From Clostridia bacterium (GTDB taxonomy: Bacteria; Bacillota; Clostridia; Christensenellales; Borkfalkiaceae): a stretch of 62,165 nt of DNA. How positions within the stretch are numbered: position 1 is the first letter of the stretch; every line of letters begins with the position of its first letter. The notes beneath the pieces were generated by a model. The model saw nothing but the letters and a program-made list of their open reading frames with translations. It was not told the DNA's origin and made no database searches. Of the stretch, positions 8,634-18,035 are shown piece by piece. The stretch spans positions 1-62,165 of the forward strand of contig JAFUIT010000046.1 in assembly GCA_017468345.1 (NCBI GenBank), given 5' to 3'. The position numbers and the translations under genes are program-made.

Positions 8634-9548
8634 TTACACTTCGCCGTATAACTCTTTATGCAGTTCGGCGCGGGTTTTTACCGATAACCATGCGCAGGAA
8701 ACCGAACCCGGCCCCACGTGCGACCCGATTACGGGACCCATAATGGTCACAGACGGTTTTACCCCCGTTTTTTCCTCGACCAAAGCCGCTAATTCCGCCG
8801 CCCCTTGGGGATTGTTCGTATGCACCACGATTACGCAATTCAACTCGTCCATGGGTGCCTTATTCATATGTTCCACGACGCGGAAGAAGGCTTTTTTCAT
8901 CCCCTTATTTTTCTCGGTAACTTTTAACTTCCCATCTTCGTCAAACACGATCATCGGTTTGATATTCAACATCGTGCCGAACGCCGCCGATACCGCCGAA
9001 ACACGTCCGCCCTTTTTCAGATAAAACAAATCGTTGGGGATAACGCAATGCTGAATGCGCCGACGGGCGTTTATCAAATATTCTAACGTTTGCTCCACCG
9101 TCCAACCGCGGTCACGGCAATCCGCCGCCAAAGCGACCAACATTCCCTGCCCGACCGTCGCGGTTAAGGGATCGAGGGGATATACGTTAAAATCGGGATA
9201 CTTTTTCTTGATATCCGCCGCCGCTTGACGGGTAATATCGATCGTGTTGGCAAGCCCGGACGAGATCATGAAATGAATCGCCTCTTTTACGCCTGCCTCC
9301 GCCATTTTGGTAAAATGTTCGATATGCGCCTCATAATTCAGCTTCGCCGTACGGGGAAAAGCGCCGTCTTCTACCTTACGGTAAAAGTCAACGTATTCCT
9401 CCTCCGTGGAAAAGGCGTCCACTCCTTCTTCGAGTCCGCCGTCTTTTTCCAAAGTAAACGTCAAAGGCACGAACCATATATTGCGTTTTTCACGATACTC
9501 CTTTTTTAAATCGCAGGTAGAATCGCTGGACACTTCAAAAAAAGCCAT
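8634..9548 (-). CDS. DegV family fatty-acid-binding protein (paralogue 1)
   Basis: DegV layout: N-terminal SSDSTCDL and C-terminal GPVIGSHVGPGS. Start taken at MAFFEV (ATG 9548). Confidence 0.85.
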   Translation of the reverse strand: MAFFEVSSDSTCDLKKEYREKRNIWFVPLTFTLEKDGGLEEGVDAFSTEEEYVDFYRKVEDGAFPRTAKLNYEAHIEHFTKMAEAGVKEAIHFMISSGLANTIDITRQAAADIKKKYPDFNVYPLDPLTATVGQGMLVALAADCRDRGWTVEQTLEYLINARRRIQHCVIPNDLFYLKKGGRVSAVSAAFGTMLNIKPMIVFDEDGKLKVTEKNKGMKKAFFRVVEHMNKAPMDELNCVIVVHTNNPQGAAELAALVEEKTGVKPSVTIMGPVIGSHVGPGSVSCAWLSVKTRAELHKELYGEV

Positions 9549-9689
9549 ATTTCTCTCCAAAAAAATTGTTTCACTCCGCATTATTGTAACACTTCTTCTT
9601 TTTTATGTCAAATCATTTATAGAAAAAACTGCAAACGAAGGCTTTTTTATTTTCATAATAAAAAAATATAACTTTTTCTCTTAAAAGGC

Positions 9690-9718
9690 TTGAAAAATAG
9701 CCGAAAAATAGGTATAAT
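9690..9718 (+). promoter_or_regulatory. promoter of the phosphohexomutase-tkt unit
   Basis: TTGAAA, 17 nt, TATAAT. Confidence 0.6.
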
Positions 9719-9761
9719 GGTTATGTATACGATACGAATTTATCAATCAAGGAGTATAACG

Positions 9762-11441
9762 ATGGCGACTGTGGATTATTTGGAGTTGCAAAACGGCGCG
9801 GACGTGCGCGGCATATCTTTGGAAAATAAAGAAGGTTTACCCGTTAATTTGACGGAAAAAATTGCAACGAATATCGCAAAAGCTTTTTGCGTTTGGCTGA
9901 TCTCGCATACGGGTAAAGTCAAGGTGACGGTAGCAGTCGGGTACGATTCCCGCGTGACTTCCCCCCTTATCTCCGACGCGATCGTACAAGGGATCACGTC
10001 GATCGGCCACAACGTTGTGTCGACCGAAACTTCCACAACTCCCTCCATGCTTATGCTGTTAAAAGACGGCGCTTGGCAGGAACGCTACCCTTGCGACGGT
10101 TCGATCATGATCACCGCCAGCCATTTGCCCGCGCATTACAACGGCATGAAGTTCTTTTTCAAGGACTCCGGATTGGCGTCCAAAGATATCACGGATATCT
10201 TGAATATCGCCGATTCGTACCGTTTCACAACGCCCCCCACGGCGGGCACGCATACGAACGCGCCTTATTTGGAAGAATATGCGGCGCATCTCGTCGAATT
10301 CGTCCGCAGCGCAACGGGGGAAGATTTGCCTTTGTTAGATAAGAAGATCGTCGTAGACGCTGGCAACGGCGTAGGCGGATTTTATGCGATGCAAGTGCTG
10401 ATGCCCCTCGGCGCAGACACGACGGGTTCGCAGTTTTTAGACCTGGACGGCACTTTCCCCAACCATATCCCCAACCCAGAAAACAAAGCGGCGGTACAGT
10501 CCCTTTGCGATGCGGTAAAAGCCAACAACGCCGATTTGGGGATTATTTTCGACACGGACGTGGATCGGGCAGGCGCAGTCGATCAGGACTGCAACGAATT
10601 GAACCGCAACCGCTTGATCGCCTTAATCTCCGCGATTTTGTTGGAAGAAAAATCGGGTACGATCGTAACCGATTCGGTCACCTCCGACGGACTTACGAAA
10701 TTCATCCAAGCCCGCGGCGGCAGACATCACCGCTATATGCGCGGTTATAAAAACGTAATCGACGAAGCGACTCGTTTGAATAAAATGGGCGAATATACTC
10801 CCCTCGCCATCGAAACCAGCGGTCACGCCGCCTTGCTTGAAAACGGTTTCCAGGACGACGGCGCATACTTGATCACGCGTATTTTAATCGCCTATGCAAA
10901 AGCGGCGAAGCAAGGGAAAAAACTCACCGATTTGATTGCGGATTTGGAAATGCCCAAAGAAACGCTGGAATTCCGCGTGCCCATTTTAGACAAAGACGAC
11001 GTCAAGCTGTTGGGCGCTCGCGTGATCAACAGTTATTACGGCTACACCGTTACGACCCCTTACGTTACGCCCGTGGAAGAAACATACGAAGGCGCGCGCG
11101 CAAATTACGATGAAAAGCACGGCAACGGTTGGGCTTTGATCCGTCAAAGCTTACACGAACCCCTCCTTCCCATCAATATCGAAAGCGCAAGCGAACACGG
11201 CGCGATCAAAATCGCAAAAGATATTTACTATTTCTTAAAGAAATTCCCCTTCCTCGACCTCACTCCTTTAAAGAATGCGATCGAGGCGGAAAGACAGCGT
11301 TTGATCCAACAAATCAAGGCGGATTTTTACGCGGACGCAAATTATCTCAACTTCATTTTCGGGGAAAAAGTCATCGTACAAACGGACGAGCCCGAAACGG
11401 AAAATGAAACGCCCGTTGCAAAAACGGAAGAAAACGCATAA
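9762..11441 (+). CDS. phosphoglucomutase/phosphomannomutase family protein
   Basis: Phosphoserine loop TASHLPAHYNGMKF, metal loop FDTDVDRAG, sugar loop ETSGHAA. Start at MATVDY, which follows AAGGAG. There is a C-terminal ~60-aa extension. Confidence 0.85.
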   Translation: MATVDYLELQNGADVRGISLENKEGLPVNLTEKIATNIAKAFCVWLISHTGKVKVTVAVGYDSRVTSPLISDAIVQGITSIGHNVVSTETSTTPSMLMLLKDGAWQERYPCDGSIMITASHLPAHYNGMKFFFKDSGLASKDITDILNIADSYRFTTPPTAGTHTNAPYLEEYAAHLVEFVRSATGEDLPLLDKKIVVDAGNGVGGFYAMQVLMPLGADTTGSQFLDLDGTFPNHIPNPENKAAVQSLCDAVKANNADLGIIFDTDVDRAGAVDQDCNELNRNRLIALISAILLEEKSGTIVTDSVTSDGLTKFIQARGGRHHRYMRGYKNVIDEATRLNKMGEYTPLAIETSGHAALLENGFQDDGAYLITRILIAYAKAAKQGKKLTDLIADLEMPKETLEFRVPILDKDDVKLLGARVINSYYGYTVTTPYVTPVEETYEGARANYDEKHGNGWALIRQSLHEPLLPINIESASEHGAIKIAKDIYYFLKKFPFLDLTPLKNAIEAERQRLIQQIKADFYADANYLNFIFGEKVIVQTDEPETENETPVAKTEENA

Positions 11442-11471
11442 AAAAGAAATTTTATTAGGAGAATATAAAAA

Positions 11472-13478
11472 ATGGACGTACAAAAAACCACCATTAACGC
11501 GCTCAGAATTATATCCGCGGAAGCGATTGACAAGGCAAAATCCGGTCACCCCGGATTGCCCATGGGTACTGCTCCCATCGGATATACGTTGTTTCAGTAC
11601 TTTCTCAAGTTCAACCCTGCAAATCTGAAGTGGGACAACCGCGACAGATTTATCTTATCCGCAGGACACGGCTCGATGCTCAACTACGCCCTGTTCCACC
11701 TTTACGGACTGGGGATCACGATGGACGATTTGAAAGAGTTCCGTCAGTTCGGTTCCAAAACGCCCGGTCACCCCGAATACGGTCACACTGCAGGGATCGA
11801 AACCACGACCGGTCCTTTGGGGCAAGGGATTGCAAACGGCGTCGGTATGGCGCTTGCGGAAGCGCATTTGGCGGCAAAATACAACCGTCCCGGTTATAAA
11901 GTCGTCGACCATTACACCTACGTCCTTTGCGGCGACGGTTGTTTGGAAGAAGGCATTTCGTACGAAGCTTGTTCGTTTGCAGGCACGCACGGGCTTGGCA
12001 AATTGATCCTCCTTTACGACGATAACGAAATCACCATCGAAGGGAATACGGATATTACTTTCAAGGAAAACGTCGGCGCACGTTTCGCGGCGCAAAACTG
12101 GCAGGTATTGCACGTAGATTTGACGGGCGAATCGAACAGCGACGTGGAAGCGCTTTCCAAAGCTTTGGAAGAAGCAAAGGCGCGTACCGATAAACCCTCC
12201 GTCATCATTTGTAAGACGAACATCGGGTTCGGCTCTCCTTTGCAAGACACGGCAAAATGCCACGGCGCGCCCCTCGGTGCGGACAACTTGCAAAAATCCA
12301 AGGAAAAGTTGGGTTGGAACTATCCTCCCTTCGAATGCCCCGACGAAGTTTACCAGCACTGTGAAGTTGCGGCGCGCGCAGGCGCGATGGCTGAACTTCA
12401 GTGGAAAAAGAACTTCCTCGAATATGAAGCGGCTTACCCCGAACTTGCGGCAGAATACAAGGCGGTCATGGCAGGCGAAAAGCCCAACTTCGACGATATC
12501 GAAGATTTGTATGAATTCAGCAAGCCCATGGCAACCCGTCAAACTTCCGCGCAGGTACTCAATAAAATTGCCGCGCGCCTTCCTCAACTGATGGGCGGCT
12601 CGGCTGACCTTGCGCCTTCCAACTTGTCCGAAATGAAAAACACGGCTGAAATCACTTACGGAGATTTCTCCGCGGATAACTTCGCAGGCAGAAATATTCA
12701 CTTCGGTATCCGCGAACATGCAATGGCGGCGATCGCCAACGGTATGCAGCTCCACGGCGGTATTCAAGCGTACTGCGCAACCTTCTTCGTGTTTGCCGAC
12801 TACTGCAAGCCCGCAATGCGTTTGTCCGCTTTGATGAACTTGCCCGTTACCTATATTATGACGCACGACTCGATCGGCGTCGGCGAGGACGGCCCTACCC
12901 ATCAGCCCGTTGAACAGCTGATCATGCTCCGTTCCATTCCCGGTTTGAAAGTTTTCCGTCCCGCGGACGGCAAGGAAACCGCGGCGGCTTGGGTATCGGC
13001 ATTGAGAGGAACCGAGCCTACCGCGCTCATTCTTACCCGCCAAAACCTGCCCCAGTACGAAAACAGCGGCAGATCGGCGCTTTGGGGCGGTTATGTGTTG
13101 GATAACTGCGAAGGCGAACCCGACGTACTTTTGATGGCGTCCGGCTCGGAAGTGGAACTTTGCGTAAAGGCAAAAGCCGTTTTGGCTGAACAGGGCGTTA
13201 AAGCGCGCGTCGTATCCATGCCTTGTATGGAATTGTTCGACAAACAAACGCAAACGTATAAGGACAACGTTCTGCCCAAGAACGTCAAGGCAAGAGTTTG
13301 CGTGGAAGCAGGCTCTCCTTACAGCTGGTACAAATACGCAGGCGATTGCGGTGAAATCATCGGTATGGAAACCTTCGGCGCGTCCGCGCCCGCAGGCGTT
13401 CTGTTCCCTCATTTCGGGTTCACGGTAGACAACGTTGTGGAAAAGGCGTTGCAGTCGTTGAAAGCAAGCAAAGAATAA
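11472..13478 (+). CDS. tkt: transketolase
   Basis: 668 aa with SGHPG, the GDGCLEEG ThDP motif and full-length transketolase architecture. Confidence 0.95.
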   Translation: MDVQKTTINALRIISAEAIDKAKSGHPGLPMGTAPIGYTLFQYFLKFNPANLKWDNRDRFILSAGHGSMLNYALFHLYGLGITMDDLKEFRQFGSKTPGHPEYGHTAGIETTTGPLGQGIANGVGMALAEAHLAAKYNRPGYKVVDHYTYVLCGDGCLEEGISYEACSFAGTHGLGKLILLYDDNEITIEGNTDITFKENVGARFAAQNWQVLHVDLTGESNSDVEALSKALEEAKARTDKPSVIICKTNIGFGSPLQDTAKCHGAPLGADNLQKSKEKLGWNYPPFECPDEVYQHCEVAARAGAMAELQWKKNFLEYEAAYPELAAEYKAVMAGEKPNFDDIEDLYEFSKPMATRQTSAQVLNKIAARLPQLMGGSADLAPSNLSEMKNTAEITYGDFSADNFAGRNIHFGIREHAMAAIANGMQLHGGIQAYCATFFVFADYCKPAMRLSALMNLPVTYIMTHDSIGVGEDGPTHQPVEQLIMLRSIPGLKVFRPADGKETAAAWVSALRGTEPTALILTRQNLPQYENSGRSALWGGYVLDNCEGEPDVLLMASGSEVELCVKAKAVLAEQGVKARVVSMPCMELFDKQTQTYKDNVLPKNVKARVCVEAGSPYSWYKYAGDCGEIIGMETFGASAPAGVLFPHFGFTVDNVVEKALQSLKASKE

Positions 13479-13494
13479 TTTACCGTAAAAAACG

Positions 13495-13527
13495 AACGGA
13501 GCAGTTGAACTGCTCCGTTTTTGTTTG
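13495..13527 (+). terminator. intrinsic terminator of tkt
   Basis: CGGAGCAG-loop-CTGCTCCG followed by TTTTTGTTT. Confidence 0.8.
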
Positions 13528-13722
13528 CAAAGTATTCCTTCGAATTTTGCAAAACGAGTGTTGGGACAAAGCCTAATATAAAATTCAACTAATTTTCACA
13601 ATCTCAAAACCGTATTATCGCAAACGGCGTTTATAATAACCGTATAAAAAGCTTATCCGTTTCCTTTCATGCGGAAGGGTTCCCCATCCTTTCGCTGATG
13701 AGAACACCTCCATAATAACTGC

Positions 13723-13767
13723 GAACCGCACGGCTTCCCCAAAGCCGTGCGGTTCCATTTTTTTGTA
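13723..13767 (+). terminator. orphan intrinsic terminator with no annotated plus-strand gene upstream
   Basis: Perfect 12-bp stem GAACCGCACGGC / GCCGTGCGGTTC followed by CATTTTTTTG. Confidence 0.6.
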
Positions 13768-13801
13768 TTTTTCTATTTTCAACTCGCACCTGCCCCTACC
13801 G

Positions 13802-15169
13802 TCAGCCGTTTAACGCTGCCCATGCAGTTGCTATTTCCACGTCGCCGTAAATGCTTTCATCCGCCGTTTTCGCCCCGTCTTCGGGCAAAATACCTCTGCC
13901 GTGGATACTCCGTCCGCTGATCGGCCAACGAATCTCCGCCGTCGTCAATTTAATCGCGTCCATTTGCGCGCTCAAATAATAAGTCGTTTGCATAATTCCC
14001 TTTCCAAAAGTGGCCGCCACACCGTACCGTTTAATCAAACAAATATTTTCAAACCCGATCGCGCCGTAATCGACCATATACCCGATCAAGCATTCGGACG
14101 CGGACGCCGTACTTTGATCCGCCAACACGTAAATGCGGCTGTCCTCTGCAAAATATTCGCCGTAAACGTTTCTTGCCGCTTTGAAATTTTCCTTTTTATC
14201 ACCGTAATCCGCTACCACGGCGATCGGTTTTCTTTCCGTGCTGTTCTTGCCGAAATACCCCGCAATTTCCTGCATAGTATTCAAATAACCGCCACCGTTA
14301 CCGCGCAAATCCAAAATTAAATGTTTCTTTCCTTCTTTTTTGAAGATTTCCATTGCTTGGTCAAACCGATTTTCCGTACCGTCGCCAAACTGCACCAAAC
14401 GGATATACGCCGTTTCGTCGTCCAAACAAGCAAGCGGATCGTTCGTTTCCGTCAAGGCGTCCGCCCTTATCCCACTAAAGGCGTACGAAGTTGTTTTCGT
14501 GCGGTAAAATACGTAGTTTTCCACGTATTCTTCCCTACTCATCGTCAGCGTTTTCGTTTCCGCGCCCGATTGTACTCGAACGTAAAAATTTTCGCCTTCT
14601 TTCCTGTCGGCTAAAAAGGCGGAAAACTCGTCAAACACCACGCTTTCCGTCATTTCCGTCGGCTGTTTTCCGAACGCGATCACATAATCGCCTTCCGAAA
14701 CCCCTGCCTTTTCCGCAGGAGAATTTCCGCAAACACGGGTCACCAACATCTGCGGTTTTTGTTCTGCCGTCATCGTTGTAAAAATAATCCCGATACCGAT
14801 ACGATTGCCCGCTAATTCGTCTTTCGACGATTGATACTCGTCCGCCGTCATATAATAGGAATATTTATCCAAAAGCGTATGATTGATTCCATAAAAAAGC
14901 GCGTCGTAAAAATCCTCGTCGTCCACGTCTTGATAATAATGATCGTCAATGGCGTTTTTGATTTTGATCAAAGTACGCATTTCCTTATCCAAGGAAAACC
15001 AAACCGTAAACCCGCCCAAAAGAAAACACACGACCGCAAGCACGATTGCAAGTATCGTATTGCGAATGCGTTTTTTGCGATTTACGGGGGGCATGTCCGC
15101 GTTTAATTCTGATTTTTGACCTTCTCCCTGCGCATTTTCTTCGGGAATATCATCGAAAAAATCATCCAT
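13802..15169 (-). CDS. S41 family C-terminal processing peptidase, membrane anchored
   Basis: N-terminal TM segment, a PDZ-like segment, and LILDLRGNGGGYL plus an S..ASASE catalytic region. Confidence 0.85.
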   Translation of the reverse strand: MDDFFDDIPEENAQGEGQKSELNADMPPVNRKKRIRNTILAIVLAVVCFLLGGFTVWFSLDKEMRTLIKIKNAIDDHYYQDVDDEDFYDALFYGINHTLLDKYSYYMTADEYQSSKDELAGNRIGIGIIFTTMTAEQKPQMLVTRVCGNSPAEKAGVSEGDYVIAFGKQPTEMTESVVFDEFSAFLADRKEGENFYVRVQSGAETKTLTMSREEYVENYVFYRTKTTSYAFSGIRADALTETNDPLACLDDETAYIRLVQFGDGTENRFDQAMEIFKKEGKKHLILDLRGNGGGYLNTMQEIAGYFGKNSTERKPIAVVADYGDKKENFKAARNVYGEYFAEDSRIYVLADQSTASASECLIGYMVDYGAIGFENICLIKRYGVAATFGKGIMQTTYYLSAQMDAIKLTTAEIRWPISGRSIHGRGILPEDGAKTADESIYGDVEIATAWAALNG

Positions 15170-15225
15170 TCTTTCCCATTCTCTCCTAACTCAAATTAGT
15201 ATATCCGTTTCCGAAAGATATTAGA

Positions 15226-16242
15226 CTATTTTCCAAGCAGTTTATGCAAAATGGTCAGTACGCGGAAGGAAACGGCGTCGGAAAAGGAACGGATATTCAG
15301 TCCCGTCGCCTTTTCGATCTTATCCAAACGGTACAGCAAAGTATTTCTATGCATATATAAATTACGCGAGGTTTCGCTGACGTTTAAACTGCTTTGTAAA
15401 AAGCTCTCCGCCGTGTTAAGCATTTCCTCGTCCTCGAAAATTTCCTTCAACTGATCGTTAGACAATTCCGCAAGGTATTCCGCAAGCTTGCTTTCGGGTA
15501 TCCCTTCCAGCATTTTCACCAAAATAAATTCGCGGTACGAATGCACGTTTCCGCCCGTTTCGAATACGTCCGCATAGCGGAGTGCGTTTTCCGCGCCCGT
15601 ATATGAGACGGGTGCGTCTTTTAAGTCTCGTACGGTCGGTCCGACGCCCGCCTGCGCGTCGATGCCCAGTTCCTCTTTCAGCGATTGCACCAAAAATTCG
15701 GCATAATCGACGGAAGAATGGTATTCGTCATCTTCCTCTCCTATGAAACGTACCAAAACGCAGGTGTTTTCACTCATTTGCACCACTGTATCCAAACTGT
15801 TTCCGCCGTACTGTTCCAAAATCGCCAACGCCTCTTGCATATACTTGTCCAAGCGGAGCACAATCAAGAAACAAGCCGCGTCGCGAACGGAATATTTCGT
15901 CACGTATTTATAGATTGCCATGGAGGAACTTTCCCCAAGCAAAATTCTTCTCAAATGATCGGTTTTGGAAAGTTCCGCCTCGCGCTCGGTCACGCTCTCG
16001 ATATACGAAGGAAGGAGCAACGCATAGCGTTTTTCCTCCTCTCCCGCGCCCGTTAAAACGCCGATGTATCCCACGCTTTTATATAAAAATCGAAAATAGG
16101 TATATTGCCCGTCGTCGGTCGTCCTTTCAAAAGGCTTGTCGCATACGGGGACGTCGCTTTGGCGGGCATTTTCCGCATAAAACGCCATCTTGATCCCCAA
16201 CTGCTGTTCGATTTCTTTCGTAATTTTGATAAGGTCGGACAT
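15226..16242 (-). CDS. PucR/CdaR family transcriptional regulator
   Basis: C-terminal HTH: ETSRNLYMHRNTLLYRLDKIEKATGLNIR. Start at MSDLIKI, which follows GGAG. Confidence 0.8.
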   Translation of the reverse strand: MSDLIKITKEIEQQLGIKMAFYAENARQSDVPVCDKPFERTTDDGQYTYFRFLYKSVGYIGVLTGAGEEEKRYALLLPSYIESVTEREAELSKTDHLRRILLGESSSMAIYKYVTKYSVRDAACFLIVLRLDKYMQEALAILEQYGGNSLDTVVQMSENTCVLVRFIGEEDDEYHSSVDYAEFLVQSLKEELGIDAQAGVGPTVRDLKDAPVSYTGAENALRYADVFETGGNVHSYREFILVKMLEGIPESKLAEYLAELSNDQLKEIFEDEEMLNTAESFLQSSLNVSETSRNLYMHRNTLLYRLDKIEKATGLNIRSFSDAVSFRVLTILHKLLGK

Positions 16243-16310
16243 ATCGTTTCTCCTACTTTCCCACGCGCGCCGAACGTATATTTTCAACGCGCCGCAATTT
16301 CCATGTTAAC

Positions 16311-16339
16311 ATTATACAGCAAATCGCATTTTTTTTCAA
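16311..16339 (-). promoter_or_regulatory. promoter of the PucR-like gene
   Basis: Minus strand reads TTGAAA, 17 nt, TATAAT, with a TG extension. Confidence 0.55.
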
Positions 16340-16472
16340 GAGTTTTTGGGAAACTTTTGCTAAACGTTCACACAATGTTCGTCTTTTTTTTCGATAAATC
16401 CGTTTTCGTAAAAAAATTAAGAAAAAAATGAATTTTTTCAAAGAAAATTTGTAAATTATTCGCCCTTAAGTA

Positions 16473-16501
16473 TTGACATATCTTTTTAAAAGTGTTATAA
16501 T
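16473..16501 (+). promoter_or_regulatory. consensus promoter of the 16609 membrane-protein gene
   Basis: TTGACA, 17 nt, TGT-TATAAT (perfect -35, extended -10). Leaves a leader of ~105 nt. Confidence 0.7.
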
Positions 16502-16608
16502 ACTGTAAAATGAATGGTTAAATTTCGGAAAATGTCTTTTCCCTTTGAAAAAAAGAAAGAAATTCATCTCCCGAAACCGACATCAAAAAAAATTCAGGAG
16601 TTTTTGTT

Positions 16609-17541
16609 ATGAGCAAAAAGAACAAAAATGCTAATGCAAAGAAAGGCAATAAAAGCGCGGGTATCCGCATTTTTGCAGTATTGTTGCTCGCTGTTTGCGT
16701 TTTAGCGGCTGTTGTTATCCCTTACAGCGTTATCAGTAAATCGGCTACCGACGGCGTTTCGACCGACGTGTTGTACTCGATTGTGTTGGGCTCGCGTGAA
16801 CTTGACGGCACGATGGCAACCCTTTACAGCGTATCTATTTACGTATTTGCAGTAGGCGTTGTTTTGGCTGCACTTTTCGCACTCATCGCGATCTTCTCGA
16901 AGAACAAAGCGCGCAACTTGGTTCGCACTTCCCTTATCTTCTTGATGATCGGTGCGTTGGTTTACACCGTCCTTTTCATCGTTGTATACAATCATTTCAA
17001 CGCAACCGCTAAATTCGAATTCGACGCAATCCTTTCCTTCGGTTCGGTTACGATCGATTTGTTTAGCGCTGTGATCGCACTGGTTGCGCTTATTTTGTTC
17101 ATCATCTTCTCGATCCGTAAACGCGAAAAGAAAGAAGAACCCGATGAAGTTGCAGAAGCTGAAAATAACGGTTTCCACCTCGAAGAATACGCAGAAGCGT
17201 ATGCATACGAAGGCGGCCCCGTTGCAGGCGTTTTGATGGCTCAGGAAGTAAATCCTACCTTCTTGCCTCAACAGCCTCACGTTAACACCGCAGGTTACGA
17301 CTTCTACAACTGCAAGAGCTTTGACCCCTTCATCGCTACGTTGAACGATATGGAAAGAAACGCTTTCACCGAACTCTTTATCTTGAAGTATAGTGGCACG
17401 ATGCCCGAACTTCCCGATTACGTAGTTGGCGGCGACAACAAAGAATTCTTCCGTAAGATTTTCATCTACCTCGGTCAATACAGAGATAGAATTCCTCAAC
17501 CTTTGCTTACGAAGATGTATCAATTCTCGATGAAAATCTAA
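16609..17541 (+). CDS. hypothetical membrane protein (Lys/Asn-rich N-terminus, 4-5 TM, ~130-aa soluble C-domain)
   Basis: ORF with an AGGAG RBS, its own strong promoter and its own terminator. I recognise no family. Confidence 0.65.
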   Translation: MSKKNKNANAKKGNKSAGIRIFAVLLLAVCVLAAVVIPYSVISKSATDGVSTDVLYSIVLGSRELDGTMATLYSVSIYVFAVGVVLAALFALIAIFSKNKARNLVRTSLIFLMIGALVYTVLFIVVYNHFNATAKFEFDAILSFGSVTIDLFSAVIALVALILFIIFSIRKREKKEEPDEVAEAENNGFHLEEYAEAYAYEGGPVAGVLMAQEVNPTFLPQQPHVNTAGYDFYNCKSFDPFIATLNDMERNAFTELFILKYSGTMPELPDYVVGGDNKEFFRKIFIYLGQYRDRIPQPLLTKMYQFSMKI

Positions 17542-17561
17542 ACATAAAATTTCTTGAATGT

Positions 17562-17595
17562 AAAAGACCGACTGATTACAGTCGGTCTTTGTTTT
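17562..17595 (+). terminator. intrinsic terminator
   Basis: AAGACCGACTG-loop-CAGTCGGTCTT followed by TGTTTT. Confidence 0.8.
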
Positions 17596-17616
17596 ACTTC
17601 CTTATAATAACAGTAT

Positions 17617-17647
17617 AAAAAACAGCCACCCGATCAAGGTTGGCTGT
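17617..17647 (-). terminator. intrinsic terminator of the sigma operon (also T-rich on the plus side)
   Basis: ACAGCCA...TGGCTGT hairpin immediately after the stop codon at 17648-17650; UUUUUU on the minus strand. Confidence 0.7.
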
Positions 17648-18010
17648 TTATTTTTTAATTCGTATCCTTGCCAAGATACCGTCCTGTTCGGCAAATACTT
17701 GCTCCTCGCAAAGGGTATTGACCAAAAACAAGCCCCTGCCGCTTTCCGCAAATAAGCTGGAACATTCGATCTTATCAGGCAAAGCAAAGAAACTTTCGGA
17801 CAGTACTTTCAGTTCGATAAATCCTTCCTTGATCTCACCGCGCAATCCTGCCTCCCCTTGCGCATATTTCAACACGTTGCCGAGCAATTCGCACGCCACC
17901 AGTTTGCTGTCGAAAATACTTTCCTGCCCCACGTCTTGCGAGAGGAGAAAATCGCACAGCCCTTCCAACGCCGCCTGCAACGTGGCGTAATTTTTCACTT
18001 TGAAAAACAT
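17648..18010 (-). CDS. short RsbW/SpoIIAB-like (HATPase_c-type) anti-sigma kinase homologue, 120 aa
   Basis: N-box-like ACELLGNVLKYA and G2-like ESGRGLFLVNTL, but no DxGxG. AAGGAGG RBS 25 nt after the sigma gene stop. Confidence 0.65.
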   Translation of the reverse strand: MFFKVKNYATLQAALEGLCDFLLSQDVGQESIFDSKLVACELLGNVLKYAQGEAGLRGEIKEGFIELKVLSESFFALPDKIECSSLFAESGRGLFLVNTLCEEQVFAEQDGILARIRIKK

Positions 18011-18035
18011 AACGCCCTCCTTTTAAATTCACTTA

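Noticed and set aside
11655-13412. 585-aa ORF on the minus strand
   Set aside because: It lies entirely antisense to transketolase, whose identity is unambiguous. The translation is Arg/Gly/His/Phe-rich low-complexity sequence with no RBS. This is a typical shadow ORF of a GC-balanced gene.
13690-13730. CUGAUGAG string suggesting a hammerhead ribozyme
   Set aside because: No stem II can be formed after CUGAUGA, and there is no properly spaced CGAAA or cleavage-site helix. This is a chance match to a 7-mer.
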